A DNA stretch of 53,447 nucleotides from NCBI GenBank assembly GCA_018433925.1, contig JAHDQI010000037.1, positions 1 through 53,447 on the forward strand, written 5' to 3'. The notes below the pieces were generated by a model. The model worked only from the letters and a program-made list of their open reading frames with translations. It was not told the DNA's origin and did no database searches. Positions within the stretch are counted from its first letter, which is position 1. The number at the start of each line of letters is the position of its first letter. This document shows, piece after piece, positions 9,885 through 19,080 of this stretch. Origin of the DNA: Phycisphaerae bacterium (lineage in GTDB: Bacteria; Planctomycetota; Phycisphaerae; Sedimentisphaerales; Anaerohalosphaeraceae). The position numbers were made by a program, and so were the translations under genes.

Positions 9885-9997
9885 GTAGAGGAACCCCGAA
9901 TTGTTAGAGGCCCCCTCAAATTAAAACAAGCCCGAAGTGTTAGCGGGAAGAGAGAAATCGGTTTTTTGACGGCCAAGTCTAATCGGCCTTAAAATGT

Positions 9998-10030
9998 GCT
10001 TCCGGGGCGGTTTTTAACCTCCCCGGAAGC
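9998..10030 (-). terminator. Stem-loop downstream of minus-strand CDS 10088-11848
   Basis: gcttccgggg (9998-10007) pairs with ccccggaagc (10021-10030), giving a 10-bp GC-rich stem with a 13-nt loop. On the minus strand it is followed by ACAUUUUAAG. Confidence 0.45.
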
Positions 10031-10087
10031 AATATATGAGTGTACTGACTTAGACGCCTCTTCAAGAACCGTTCATACCGCTTTTCC

Positions 10088-11848
10088 TTAGGGCAGCGGC
10101 TCCGTTAATGCCGTCGATTCCAGCCAATCGACAACGAGGATCGAAAGATCCGCAAGGTCAAAAGAACAGTCATCGTTAATGTCACCACTCAAAGGCGTAT
10201 ATCCCGGTACGCCCTTGGCGGCCTCACAAGGATCTGCATACACCTGAATCGTAACGGCATCGGAAGCTTCTAATTCTCCGTCATTGACAGTAAGCATCAG
10301 CGTATAGCTTCCGACTTGATCAATCGTCACGGTCGTGGCCTCTGCTGTCGGGCTGTTGATCACGACATTGGGATCCTCGGGTGCTTCTTCCCACAGGACC
10401 GTATAGGGACCAGGAACACCGTCATCGGTTATCGTCGGGGCCATCTGCACATCCACGGCACCCTCGGTCAGCCACGTGTAAACCGTATCCCCGGCATCTA
10501 CATCCGGCGGGAAATTGCTTAACTTCGTTTCAAACGACCAGACATACCCGGTAATTGTATTCGGATCATCTATGCCGGAAGGCACTCCGCCTCCTTTATC
10601 AAGGGCCTCATCGATACGCCAGAAGTACTTACCATCTTTGTTCAAGGACGCCGTTGCGGCCCCGGTATCTCCATTGGCAGGAATCTCTTCGCGATAATAA
10701 AGCGCAGGGTCACTCGACACATTCTGATCTTCACTCCTATAAACGTAATACTTCAGAACATTCGGATTGGGTATTGTACTATTGGGATCGCCTGGATCTA
10801 CTGTCAATCCTTTATCCCATCCCAGATTCACCGTAACAGTGTAGGTTCCGGTTGAAATCCCAACTTCAGTTGCGCTATCCTTAGGCATTGGATTCGAGGC
10901 ACTTCTACCCACATTGCACAGAAAATCAATCGGACTCAGGGCCGTATCCAAAATACGCACTTCATCGAGATATCCTTGATATCGGTTAAAATGTCCTTTA
11001 TTCACGAGTTCTCGGTAAAGCACCCAACCCCCGCCATGCCACGTGGAGTATATGTCATCATCAGCACCGAGGGCCGTATCCGGACTGCCTGATAAAGTCA
11101 TATCTACAGAGGCAATAACCTCGGTATCCCCACCATCCGTGATATTGGTTAGATACACCGTAAAGGTTGTTCCATCGCTTACCGCCGCGACATGATACCA
11201 CTTGCCCGCCTCAATAACATTGGCTGCTGATTGTACACTATGTTTAATGAGGGATACATCGACGAAAAAACTCTCAATCGACCATGCTGCCGTATCCGAA
11301 TCCGCATCGTGCACACGAAGTGCAAATGAAGAAGCTGACGGGTCTGCAGTACAATACTGATACGCATCACGACACACCAGAGTACCGACTTTACCAGCAT
11401 TCGACGGATCTTGTGAGCTGTCCGGATTAAACAACGCTTCCACTGTGAATTGAGCCGGTTCAATAAGCTCCGCATCAATGCCAGTTGGGTTGCTTCCGTA
11501 TACTGAATAAGCGTCAGCGGTTGACTGGGTATTTATACCTGGTTTTGTTCCGTAATTTTTAATACTCAGTTTATTCATCTGGCTCGTTTGGGGTACCATA
11601 GAAAAGGGGATATTGCCGCGATGCCAAAACGAACTATTGTTCGGAGTATCCGACCAGGCCTGTAAATGATTTCCATTTCCCGAAACGTCGTCAATGTCCT
11701 GAGAATAGCGGTAATCATCATATTCCGTGTAAATCAGCGTATCTGCAGTTCCCTCATCGGCTTTCCAATAAGCCACGGTAGCTGCATATACCGGAAAGCT
11801 CGAAACCAACACCAGGAACACCATTGATTTCCATACAAAAAGTCTCAT
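10088..11848 (-). CDS. Exported LamG-domain protein, 'head A + short tail' (LamG + FN3-like + PKD-like + dockerin-like)
   Basis: Start reassigned to ATG 11848, with GGAGG 7 nt upstream. It gives MRLFVWKSMVFLVLVSSFPVYA|ATVAYW, parallel to the start of 28964-33397. LamG motifs are DVSGNGNHLQAWSD and LDEVRILDTALSPIDF. PKD-like region runs from PPDVDAGDTVYTW through TITDDGVPGPYTVLW. C-terminal segment is GDINDDCSFDLADLSILVVDWL. Confidence 0.85.
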   Translation of the reverse strand: MRLFVWKSMVFLVLVSSFPVYAATVAYWKADEGTADTLIYTEYDDYRYSQDIDDVSGNGNHLQAWSDTPNNSSFWHRGNIPFSMVPQTSQMNKLSIKNYGTKPGINTQSTADAYSVYGSNPTGIDAELIEPAQFTVEALFNPDSSQDPSNAGKVGTLVCRDAYQYCTADPSASSFALRVHDADSDTAAWSIESFFVDVSLIKHSVQSAANVIEAGKWYHVAAVSDGTTFTVYLTNITDGGDTEVIASVDMTLSGSPDTALGADDDIYSTWHGGGWVLYRELVNKGHFNRYQGYLDEVRILDTALSPIDFLCNVGRSASNPMPKDSATEVGISTGTYTVTVNLGWDKGLTVDPGDPNSTIPNPNVLKYYVYRSEDQNVSSDPALYYREEIPANGDTGAATASLNKDGKYFWRIDEALDKGGGVPSGIDDPNTITGYVWSFETKLSNFPPDVDAGDTVYTWLTEGAVDVQMAPTITDDGVPGPYTVLWEEAPEDPNVVINSPTAEATTVTIDQVGSYTLMLTVNDGELEASDAVTIQVYADPCEAAKGVPGYTPLSGDINDDCSFDLADLSILVVDWLESTALTEPLP

Positions 11849-12052
11849 TTTTCTACCTCCGCATTTCATTTTATTTAACTTCGCATGATAACCTGTTCAC
11901 CGTATCCGTAAAGGGCACACCTCACACACAAACGATTTAAAATAGAATTCTCTACACGATCCGCTTATTTGTCAGGAAGGGAGTTTTTCTTCGAATAGTC
12001 ATCCCAATCGCATTATTTCGTTTGGAGTTCATAAATATCTCATTCTCTTACA

Positions 12053-13303
12053 TCAACTCTTATTATAGTAATTAGGAACTGCAGAAAAACACCCTTTTGC
12101 GTCTAATTTCAACCAAAATGCGACATCGTTCTCTGCCTCTTTCCCCGGATTTATACCGGTCGCCTTATTCACAAGCACTCGCAACCGGGCCTGGTCTGAA
12201 ACACACTGACCCTGAATCACATCGTCTTCCGTAAACGTGGTCATCAGAATCTCCTTATCGGTATGGCGGTTGTAATCATAAACAATATAAATCGTCCCGT
12301 CCGGGGCCTGAATCCCATCCGGATAGGAGACACCGAGCCGCTCATCCAGCATAAGCCCTCTCGACCAGGTTTTCCCCTCATCCTCAGATATATAAGCCAT
12401 CAAATGGGAACGCCTTGTGCGCTCATGAATTGCGCCATGCTTGACCAGCAACAGCTTTCCTGATTTTAGTGACATTAGAAACAATCGTGCCGTGGCATGT
12501 TGGATACGGCTGGGTCTGACGGTTGTCCAGGTTTTGCCTTTGTCCATTGAATAACTCTCCCCGATTCCATACTTCGTTCGAGTCAATAGCCAAAGTCGAC
12601 CATCCCGATGCTCCACGACATTGTATTCATCAAATTCCCGGTCATCGGCAGGGATACCCACGGCACCGCCAAGTGTAAATGTTTTCCCTTCATCCCCGGA
12701 AAGTAAAGGCCTGGAGGGAGCATCCTTATTCCATGAGCCGCTCGGCCACAGCCAGGTTCCATCGGATAAAACCGTTGGTTTATTAAAACAATTGATGTTC
12801 GGATAGGCAATCAATCGAGGGGCAGACCATGTGGGATTTTCCTCTCCTGGATTGCTGGTAAAAATGGCCCACAGCGAACTGTCCGGCCCTGTGAGTTTTT
12901 TGGGGTACTGATTCCAGATTAGCCAGAGCCGGTTATTGGGATCCAGCCATACCGCCGGCTCAGAAGCACGAAGCAAACCATCATGGTCAGGATCGATGAC
13001 CAATTTCAGATCCGACCATGTCCGGCCGTCGTCTTCGCTGGTCACTAACATAACATAATTGTCATCCCCTTCGCCTATTCCTCCGCCATACCAGGTTCCC
13101 CAAAGACGGCCGTTGGCGGCTCGGGCAATGCTGGGAATCCCCTGGAACATACGAACGCTGTCCGCATATTCCCCCCCCGGATTCCAGTTCAGCTTTGGTA
13201 CCCTCGATTTGCCCTGAACCACAAAGTCGAGAGCTGAACCTGCCGAAACACAGATATTCAGACAAATCACTGGAATCATTATAATACACAGATTACATTT
13301 CAT
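12053..13303 (-). CDS. Secreted BNR/Asp-box six-bladed-propeller protein (sialidase-superfamily, non-canonical)
   Basis: Start reassigned to ATG 13303 (MKCNLCIIMIPVICLNICVSAGSA), 10 nt after the upstream stop at 13314. Asp-boxes are SEDDGRTWS, SGDEGKTFT, SMDKGKTWT and SEDEGKTWS. FQGIPSIA stands where sialidases carry R-[IV]-P. Confidence 0.8.
   Translation of the reverse strand: MKCNLCIIMIPVICLNICVSAGSALDFVVQGKSRVPKLNWNPGGEYADSVRMFQGIPSIARAANGRLWGTWYGGGIGEGDDNYVMLVTSEDDGRTWSDLKLVIDPDHDGLLRASEPAVWLDPNNRLWLIWNQYPKKLTGPDSSLWAIFTSNPGEENPTWSAPRLIAYPNINCFNKPTVLSDGTWLWPSGSWNKDAPSRPLLSGDEGKTFTLGGAVGIPADDREFDEYNVVEHRDGRLWLLTRTKYGIGESYSMDKGKTWTTVRPSRIQHATARLFLMSLKSGKLLLVKHGAIHERTRRSHLMAYISEDEGKTWSRGLMLDERLGVSYPDGIQAPDGTIYIVYDYNRHTDKEILMTTFTEDDVIQGQCVSDQARLRVLVNKATGINPGKEAENDVAFWLKLDAKGCFSAVPNYYNKS
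12062..12128 (-). promoter_or_regulatory. Promoter/operator module copy 1: minus-strand TATAAT plus two 21-bp-spaced direct repeats, upstream of 10088-11848
   Basis: attata at 12062-12067 reads TATAAT on the minus strand. TGCG cores are at 12098 and 12119. aacacccttttgcgt and caaccaaaatgcgac match AACACC-N4-TGCGA. The internal spacings (36 and 21 nt) equal those at 19304 and 36795. Confidence 0.7.
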
Positions 13304-13313
13304 CCTCGGTCTC

Positions 13314-14432
13314 TCATTCTTTTCGATAGCTCCGAAATCGTTTACGCCAATCTTTCGGTGTTGCGCCAACTTGCGAACGCGCATCAAAATAAGCGTCCAG
13401 ATTTTCCATCGGAATACCATCGTGCAATCCTCCCGGCGAACTCATCACAAATCCTGTAAAATCGGCGCATTTTGCGGCTACATCAAAAACCATTTTCCGC
13501 ACTTCACCGGGAGTTCCGAAAGTCAATTTGGCGGTTTCGATACCGCCGATAAAAAGCCCGCCGCGGGATCCAAAATTTTCGAGAATCACCTCAAGCGGTG
13601 TGGCAGGATTTTCGTAGAGCATACCGTCAACACCAACGTCCCGAAGTTTGGGAATAAAGGACGTCATATTACCATCCGCAACAAAGATGATCTTTTTTCC
13701 GAGATCCTTGGCCTGGCCCCAAATCTCAGGATAATGGGGGAAAATAAACTCATCATACCAAGACGGCCTAAAAACCGGACCGGCATGATTGGCCAGATCA
13801 TCATGAACAAAAACAAAAGGGGAATCCGAAGCCCTCGCCATTTCATTGACAATCGCTTTCGACTTTTGAACACAAGGAAGCAGGAATTGGTCGTGAAACC
13901 GCTGGGGTTGGCTCATGGCCGAAAGCATAAAGATCTCCCAGCCCAATACTTCCACCGCCCACATAAAAAGGGTTGTGTAAAGCATCGGATAATACAGACC
14001 AATATCCCCCAGGGCGGCCTGCCGCAAACGAATGTCTTCTGCGTCGCAAGAGTGAGGCACGGGGACAATCAAATCTTCATATTTCAAGGAATCGACATCT
14101 AATTCCCAAACATCTTCGACGGTTTTACAAGCATAGGTATGCCGAAAAGCGGTGTCGTAAACCCCCAGAGCCGCAAAACTGTATGGCTTGCGGGGATGAC
14201 GCCTGCATCGTCCTGAAGGAGTTGGAAAAGAGGCATTTTCGTTCTTCAACGGAACCCGCAGGATCAAATCCAGGCCCAGCGCCTCATAGGCCCGAAGATA
14301 CGCTTGATGCGTATCCATAAAAACATCCGTCCCGCTTACCCATTCAATGAGTTGTCGATGATTCAGGGTTTCCTTAGAAGGAATTTTCTCGGTCCGGGCC
14401 CCTTTGGCTCTATATAAAACATCTTGTTTCAT
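13314..14432 (-). CDS. Uroporphyrinogen-decarboxylase (URO-D)-like TIM-barrel family protein, cytoplasmic
   Basis: 372 aa with no signal peptide. The C-terminal half (KKIIFVADGNMTSFIPKLRDVGVDGMLYENPATP, then LFIGGIETAKLTFGTPGEVRKMVFDV) resembles the URO-D/MtaA-like family layout. The assignment is from memory only. Confidence 0.5.
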   Translation of the reverse strand: MKQDVLYRAKGARTEKIPSKETLNHRQLIEWVSGTDVFMDTHQAYLRAYEALGLDLILRVPLKNENASFPTPSGRCRRHPRKPYSFAALGVYDTAFRHTYACKTVEDVWELDVDSLKYEDLIVPVPHSCDAEDIRLRQAALGDIGLYYPMLYTTLFMWAVEVLGWEIFMLSAMSQPQRFHDQFLLPCVQKSKAIVNEMARASDSPFVFVHDDLANHAGPVFRPSWYDEFIFPHYPEIWGQAKDLGKKIIFVADGNMTSFIPKLRDVGVDGMLYENPATPLEVILENFGSRGGLFIGGIETAKLTFGTPGEVRKMVFDVAAKCADFTGFVMSSPGGLHDGIPMENLDAYFDARSQVGATPKDWRKRFRSYRKE

Positions 14433-14498
14433 TCTTATACATAGCTATACGAAAAAATACTCATTGGAGAATTATTTAAATGATCTCATCGTTCTCCG

Positions 14499-15638
14499 TT
14501 ACTTATTTGAGTCTGGTTTTTTATTGACCAGAATCCCCAGTTTCCCTCTCTTCGAAACAAGAGTTCCTTCCAAGATATCCTGTTCTGTAAATCTGGCCAA
14601 AAGAATTTCTTTTTCCTTGGTACGCGAATAATCATAGGTAATATATATGGTCCCATCCGAATCCTGTTGTCCATCGGGATAAGAAACCCATTTTCTTTCA
14701 TCCAACAGCAATCCCCCCGTCCATGTTTGACCGTCATCTTTTGATAAAAAAGCCATCATGTGACTACGGCCGGTCCTTTCATACAAAGGGCCGTTTTTCA
14801 CAAGAAGAAGATTTCCCGAGTGAAGACGCCGAATAAAAAATCTTGAAGACGGGTGCTTAACTGGTGAAGGGCGAAGGTCGCTCCATGAACAACCTTTATC
14901 CGTTGAAAAACTCTCCCCGATACCATAATTGGTCCGTACCCACATCCAAAGGGAGCCATCCTTTCTTTCCACAATCATATGTTCGTCAAATTCACGCTCC
15001 TGCGGCGGAATGTTCACGGAACCGACAAAGGAAATGGTTTGTCCTTGATTCAGCAAGGCGAATATTTTTGCACTCTGATCGGTGGTTCGCCAAGTGGAAA
15101 CGGGCAACAGCCATCGGCCGTCTGAAAGTACCGTCGGCTTACACATCATGATCCCGTCGGTCAGTCTTCTGGGAGAAGTCCATCGGGGTTTGGACTCATC
15201 GGGATTTTCCGTTACCATTGCCCATACGCCAGAGACGGAACAAAAACGAGCCCGGTCATCCTGCTGCGCCCAGAACAGCCATAGGCGCTCATCGGGATCA
15301 ACCCAGAGTTCCGGATCAAACGTACGGACCGGACCTTCTCCATCCGGATCTACGACAAATAACTCCTTCCACGTTGCGCCATCGTCTTCACTGCCGGCCA
15401 CAACGACATAATTATTGGAGTCTTCAGCCGGCGTTTTCCCCGCATACCAGGTCACCCATAGCCGTCCAGGGGCCGTAACCGCCAGGCTTGGAATCCCCTC
15501 GAACTGCCGTGAATCAGGCGAGGGATAATGATCCTGCATCGATTGGATGATTGTGGGCGGACTCAGAAAGTCCCCATACCCTTGAGCCCCGACAAGCAAG
15601 CAGGCAAACAAGACGGAATATACTACAATCTTTTTCAT
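14499..15638 (-). CDS. Secreted BNR/Asp-box propeller protein, paralogue of 12053-13303
   Basis: Signal peptide MKKIVVYSVLFACLLVGAQG. FEGIPSLAVTAPGRLWVTWYAG parallels FQGIPSIARAANGRLWGTWYGG in the paralogue. Asp-boxes are SEDDGATWK, STDKGCSWS and SKDDGQTWT. Confidence 0.8.
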   Translation of the reverse strand: MKKIVVYSVLFACLLVGAQGYGDFLSPPTIIQSMQDHYPSPDSRQFEGIPSLAVTAPGRLWVTWYAGKTPAEDSNNYVVVAGSEDDGATWKELFVVDPDGEGPVRTFDPELWVDPDERLWLFWAQQDDRARFCSVSGVWAMVTENPDESKPRWTSPRRLTDGIMMCKPTVLSDGRWLLPVSTWRTTDQSAKIFALLNQGQTISFVGSVNIPPQEREFDEHMIVERKDGSLWMWVRTNYGIGESFSTDKGCSWSDLRPSPVKHPSSRFFIRRLHSGNLLLVKNGPLYERTGRSHMMAFLSKDDGQTWTGGLLLDERKWVSYPDGQQDSDGTIYITYDYSRTKEKEILLARFTEQDILEGTLVSKRGKLGILVNKKPDSNK

Positions 15639-15967
15639 TAAAATGTCTCCAAATGCATCGATTTTCTATCCGGAAGTAAATGGACCCTGATACCGAATAT
15701 CCATACGAATTTAGTAGGCAACTTGACCTCTTCAGAAAATACACACAGTCGCGATTATGACTGATTTTTCTGCCGATGTATTATTGATCTTTGAAAAAAT
15801 AGAATTCCTCGTTTTCTCGTCACCCCCGCGCGGGCGGAGCTCCGGATACGTCGTAACACCCGGAATCCCACCCTCGCGGAAATGACAAATTGCTTTGTTA
15901 TTTTTTCAATAATCGATAGATATTTCCGTTTCAGGAGATCGTCTGAATCTCAAAAATAAAAAACGAT

Positions 15968-16804
15968 TTACCACCAGAACCACATTCCTGCTCCGCTTGT
16001 GTAACAATGTTCCAAACTGTCAAAGTGTTTCCAGTTAACATGTCCGTCCGCGTACGCAGTATTCCCTCCGTCCGGTTTTATGCCTGAATTGGCCCCCTCC
16101 CGAATAATTTCACGGGATTTATGATTTGAATTGTCAGATAAAGTTCCTCCGCTGAGAGTCGTAATGCCGCCGGGGATATCAAAAAACTTCCATTTACTTG
16201 AACTAATATTTACATCCATAATCATGGAGGCCGAACTGGCGGAGGGAAGTTTTGACAGTTTGCTGATCCATTGGGCTTTTGCACCATTAGCCAGTCTGTC
16301 CGGGAGGACAGAATTTCCGGCCGCATCGTATTTATCGAATGTGTATATTTCCGGCAGGACTCGATGTAAGTTTTTTTGCTCGTCGGTTGTCAGTGATCCT
16401 TCATCGCGCAGGGGCACCGGATTCGTGTAGGGTCCTCCCGTCGATGCAAGCCAACCATACTGCCACCAGCGTGCATCATCTGCTTTTTTCATCTTATTGG
16501 CCGGGCAGAAAAATGTTTTATTGTCGTCAAAACCGGCATATTGACTCATCTGATTCGTACTCCAGAAAGTCACGGTCCAAAGATAAAACCCGGATCCGGA
16601 CTGGGATCGGGGCACCTCTGAATCATGGTCATTTGCATAGAGAAGGGTGCCCAGGGCCTGCTGGCGAAGATTATTGGCGCACATGACCCTGTGCGCATAC
16701 ATCTTGGCGCGGCTAAGAGACGGCATGATAATCGCCAGCAGCAATGCGATAATGGCAATGACCACCAATAATTCAATTAACGTAAATGCCTTTTTCGCCT
16801 TCAT
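15968..16804 (-). CDS. Prepilin-type N-terminal cleavage/methylation domain protein (DUF1559-like)
   Basis: [30 protein letters not shown] at the N-terminus; C-terminal AYADGHVNWKHF. Confidence 0.85.
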   Translation of the reverse strand: MKAKKAFTLIELLVVIAIIALLLAIIMPSLSRAKMYAHRVMCANNLRQQALGTLLYANDHDSEVPRSQSGSGFYLWTVTFWSTNQMSQYAGFDDNKTFFCPANKMKKADDARWWQYGWLASTGGPYTNPVPLRDEGSLTTDEQKNLHRVLPEIYTFDKYDAAGNSVLPDRLANGAKAQWISKLSKLPSASSASMIMDVNISSSKWKFFDIPGGITTLSGGTLSDNSNHKSREIIREGANSGIKPDGGNTAYADGHVNWKHFDSLEHCYTSGAGMWFWW

Positions 16805-16921
16805 TTTCTTTTTCCCTTATCCTTATTACTCAATTTGAATTCGATACTATCATTACTATCCCATCCCGCAAACGACGATTCGTCCCGTACACAACTCACC
16901 CTATTATTTATTCTGCTCCGT

Positions 16922-16970
16922 GTGCATCGTCGTGTCCCCGCAATTTGGTCCAGGGTCGACGACGATGCAC
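16922..16970 (-). terminator. 12-bp perfect inverted repeat between CDS 17017-19080 and CDS 15968-16804
   Basis: gtgcatcgtcgt (16922-16933) pairs with acgacgatgcac (16959-16970) around a 25-nt loop. There is no U-tract, so terminator function is uncertain. Confidence 0.35.
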
Positions 16971-17016
16971 CGAAGCATAATTAATTTATAAAACGCATTC
17001 AATTACTGTTCACTCT

Positions 17017-19080
17017 TTATTCTACCGCATAGTTGGTCATAAGCCACGTTCCAGTGAGTTCGGCCAAATCCTCCAAATCAACCTCACAATCCCTGTTTAT
17101 ATCTCCCGGCAACCATTCAAAACCCGGTTGTGCTGCCGCATAAGAACAAGAATCGGCAAAGACGGTTACCTGTACAGTATCGGTGACCGTATACTCGCCA
17201 TCGTACACCTCGAGCTGAAGCACATAAATCCCGGTTTCTTTCAGCTCAGCAACAGCATTCTTAACCGCCGGATTAATAAAGCCAGAGGGATTCGAGTCAT
17301 TTGCATCCGTAACAATCGTCCAATTATAGGTTAGCGGAGCCACCAATCCATCATCGGTTACTGTAGGACTCATTGTCACCTGACGCGGCGGATCAGTCCA
17401 CCAAGTCTGACTATCTTCACCTGCATCCACTTCCGGCGTGAGATTAAAGGTATTAAACGTAAAGAAGGGGCCCATTACATCCTCAAGCCCATTCTTGTAG
17501 GTAGTAATCTGCCAGTAATATTGCTCACTCACGTCGATATCGACCAACACTGACTCAACCGATTGATTGGCCACAATCTTAGACATGAGAAGCAGATTCG
17601 GCTCTGTTCCAAAATAAACATCGCATGTCACAATATCGCCGGGCACGTTCGGTTCCGGAAGCGTCCACTGGAGCAGATCCAGCGTTGCTGATACGGTGCT
17701 GCCGTCAGCCGGGATTGGATTAAATAGGTGATATCCCCTTACTTCTGTAATGTCTTGAACCGAATCGTACACCACATCAATCCATCCATCACCGCCATAC
17801 GCGATGATTTTGCCGGCGGCTTTCAGATCGTCTATCTGTGTACGAGCATCCCAGTGAAGAATCAGTTTGCCTGGTCCTGCAAGATCAATCACCCCGTGCC
17901 CGGAGCTGTAATCAAGAATCACAAGTCCTGCGGAAGAGGTATTAGTTATCTCAACCGTACCCCCCTTCAGTTCAAAATACGTGCCGGTTTGTAATTTGAA
18001 ATATGAACTGATATTAATCTTGCCGCCGCTGACGATCCAATGCGACGGAGCTTCCGTATATTCGCTAAGTCTGAGAGTATACGTGTTGATTTCTCCGCCG
18101 GTCATCACAACATTACTGCTGGCGGTTGCGTAACTTCGCGCATCCATAAAGTTCCCCGTTACATTAATCGTACCACCGGACATAATGATCTCTGATTTAG
18201 CCCCAGCTCCTGCAACTAAACCCGGGGTATTAAGCTCGCCACCTTCCATAATAAGAGTGCCATGGGCATTCGCCCCGCTTACTCCAATCATTGCATCTGT
18301 TGGAAAAGTAGCCGTACCGCCGGTAATGCATAGAACACCTTCACAGGCCCAAGCACCACTTGTTTGACCCAAACGAAGTCTTCTGACATTTAGTGTACCC
18401 CCGTTGAGTTCAAAATAACCCTTGTTCCTGCCGGGAGTCCCATAATTGGCACCCACTCTAAAATAGTCTGCAGAAGACGTGGGTATCAGAACACTGCCAT
18501 CATTCACGATCCATTCCATTGTGCCCATTCCACCCAGCTGGATGCCCTGACCCATATACACGGTCCCGCCATCCATAATGATTAATCCATTGGCATCCGT
18601 GTCCGAACCCCTGAAATACATACCGTTCAACGTACCACCGGTCATATAGAGATAAGCATCACCGTCCTGTGCAAAATCCAAAATGTTACCGACGGTTATG
18701 GTCCCGTCGCTGATTTCCACATGCCCAACAGCTACCTCCGGACTCGAACTACCAGGCAAGGTCCAATCGATATCTACACCCAAGGTGCCGCCGGAAATTT
18801 GCATGGCTTGTGTCCCTGCACCTGCACCCGGACCAAAGAGAGCATCACACACCGCAGTTACTGTTCCGTCAATCACGGGACCCTGGGAAACAGAGGCATC
18901 TAACCACACTTCATCGTCTGCCGTCGGGACCTGATCAGTTGACCAGTTCTCCTCTGTACTCCACAAATCGTCCACGCCGCCTCCGTCCCAGGTAATTTCG
19001 GCGGCGATGGATGGATTGGCCAACAGGCCTACTGCCATGACAATAATCCAAACTACCCATTGTTTAACATAATCATTCAT
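17017..19080 (-). CDS. Exported beta-helix-repeat protein, 'head B + short tail' (G-G-T repeats + FN3-like + PKD-like + dockerin-like)
   Basis: GGAGGA lies upstream of ATG 19080. N-terminal anchor/signal MNDYVKQWVVWIIVMAVGLLANPSIAA. Repeats include MTGGTLNG, MDGGTVYM, LNGGTLNV, ITGGTATF, MEGGELNT, MSGGTINV, MTGGEINT, VSGGKINI and LKGGTVEI. The tail starts at PEVDAGEDSQTWW, runs through TVTDDGLVAPLTYNW and ends in GDINRDCEVDLEDLAELTGTWL. Confidence 0.85.
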   Translation of the reverse strand: MNDYVKQWVVWIIVMAVGLLANPSIAAEITWDGGGVDDLWSTEENWSTDQVPTADDEVWLDASVSQGPVIDGTVTAVCDALFGPGAGAGTQAMQISGGTLGVDIDWTLPGSSSPEVAVGHVEISDGTITVGNILDFAQDGDAYLYMTGGTLNGMYFRGSDTDANGLIIMDGGTVYMGQGIQLGGMGTMEWIVNDGSVLIPTSSADYFRVGANYGTPGRNKGYFELNGGTLNVRRLRLGQTSGAWACEGVLCITGGTATFPTDAMIGVSGANAHGTLIMEGGELNTPGLVAGAGAKSEIIMSGGTINVTGNFMDARSYATASSNVVMTGGEINTYTLRLSEYTEAPSHWIVSGGKINISSYFKLQTGTYFELKGGTVEITNTSSAGLVILDYSSGHGVIDLAGPGKLILHWDARTQIDDLKAAGKIIAYGGDGWIDVVYDSVQDITEVRGYHLFNPIPADGSTVSATLDLLQWTLPEPNVPGDIVTCDVYFGTEPNLLLMSKIVANQSVESVLVDIDVSEQYYWQITTYKNGLEDVMGPFFTFNTFNLTPEVDAGEDSQTWWTDPPRQVTMSPTVTDDGLVAPLTYNWTIVTDANDSNPSGFINPAVKNAVAELKETGIYVLQLEVYDGEYTVTDTVQVTVFADSCSYAAAQPGFEWLPGDINRDCEVDLEDLAELTGTWLMTNYAVE

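Noticed and set aside
13304-13420. ORF-track 5' extensions: 12053-13420, 49348-51273, 48435-49745, 6232-7548, 2414-3334, 24031-28917 and 10088-11869
   Set aside because: The extensions overlap the preceding gene or intergenic hairpins. Internal starts (13303, 51000, 49277 GTG, 6307, 2519, 28848, 11848) have Shine-Dalgarno-like sequences and give proper signal peptides or prepilin leaders that match their paralogues.
13371-14102. 243-aa plus-strand ORF antisense to the URO-D-like gene. The same reasoning applies to 19738-21192 (+), 43588-44229 (+), 44556-45365 (+) and 50209-50937 (+).
   Set aside because: All are embedded antisense in longer ORFs that fit the co-directional operon structure and carry family motifs. 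None has a signal, an RBS or recognisable domains.
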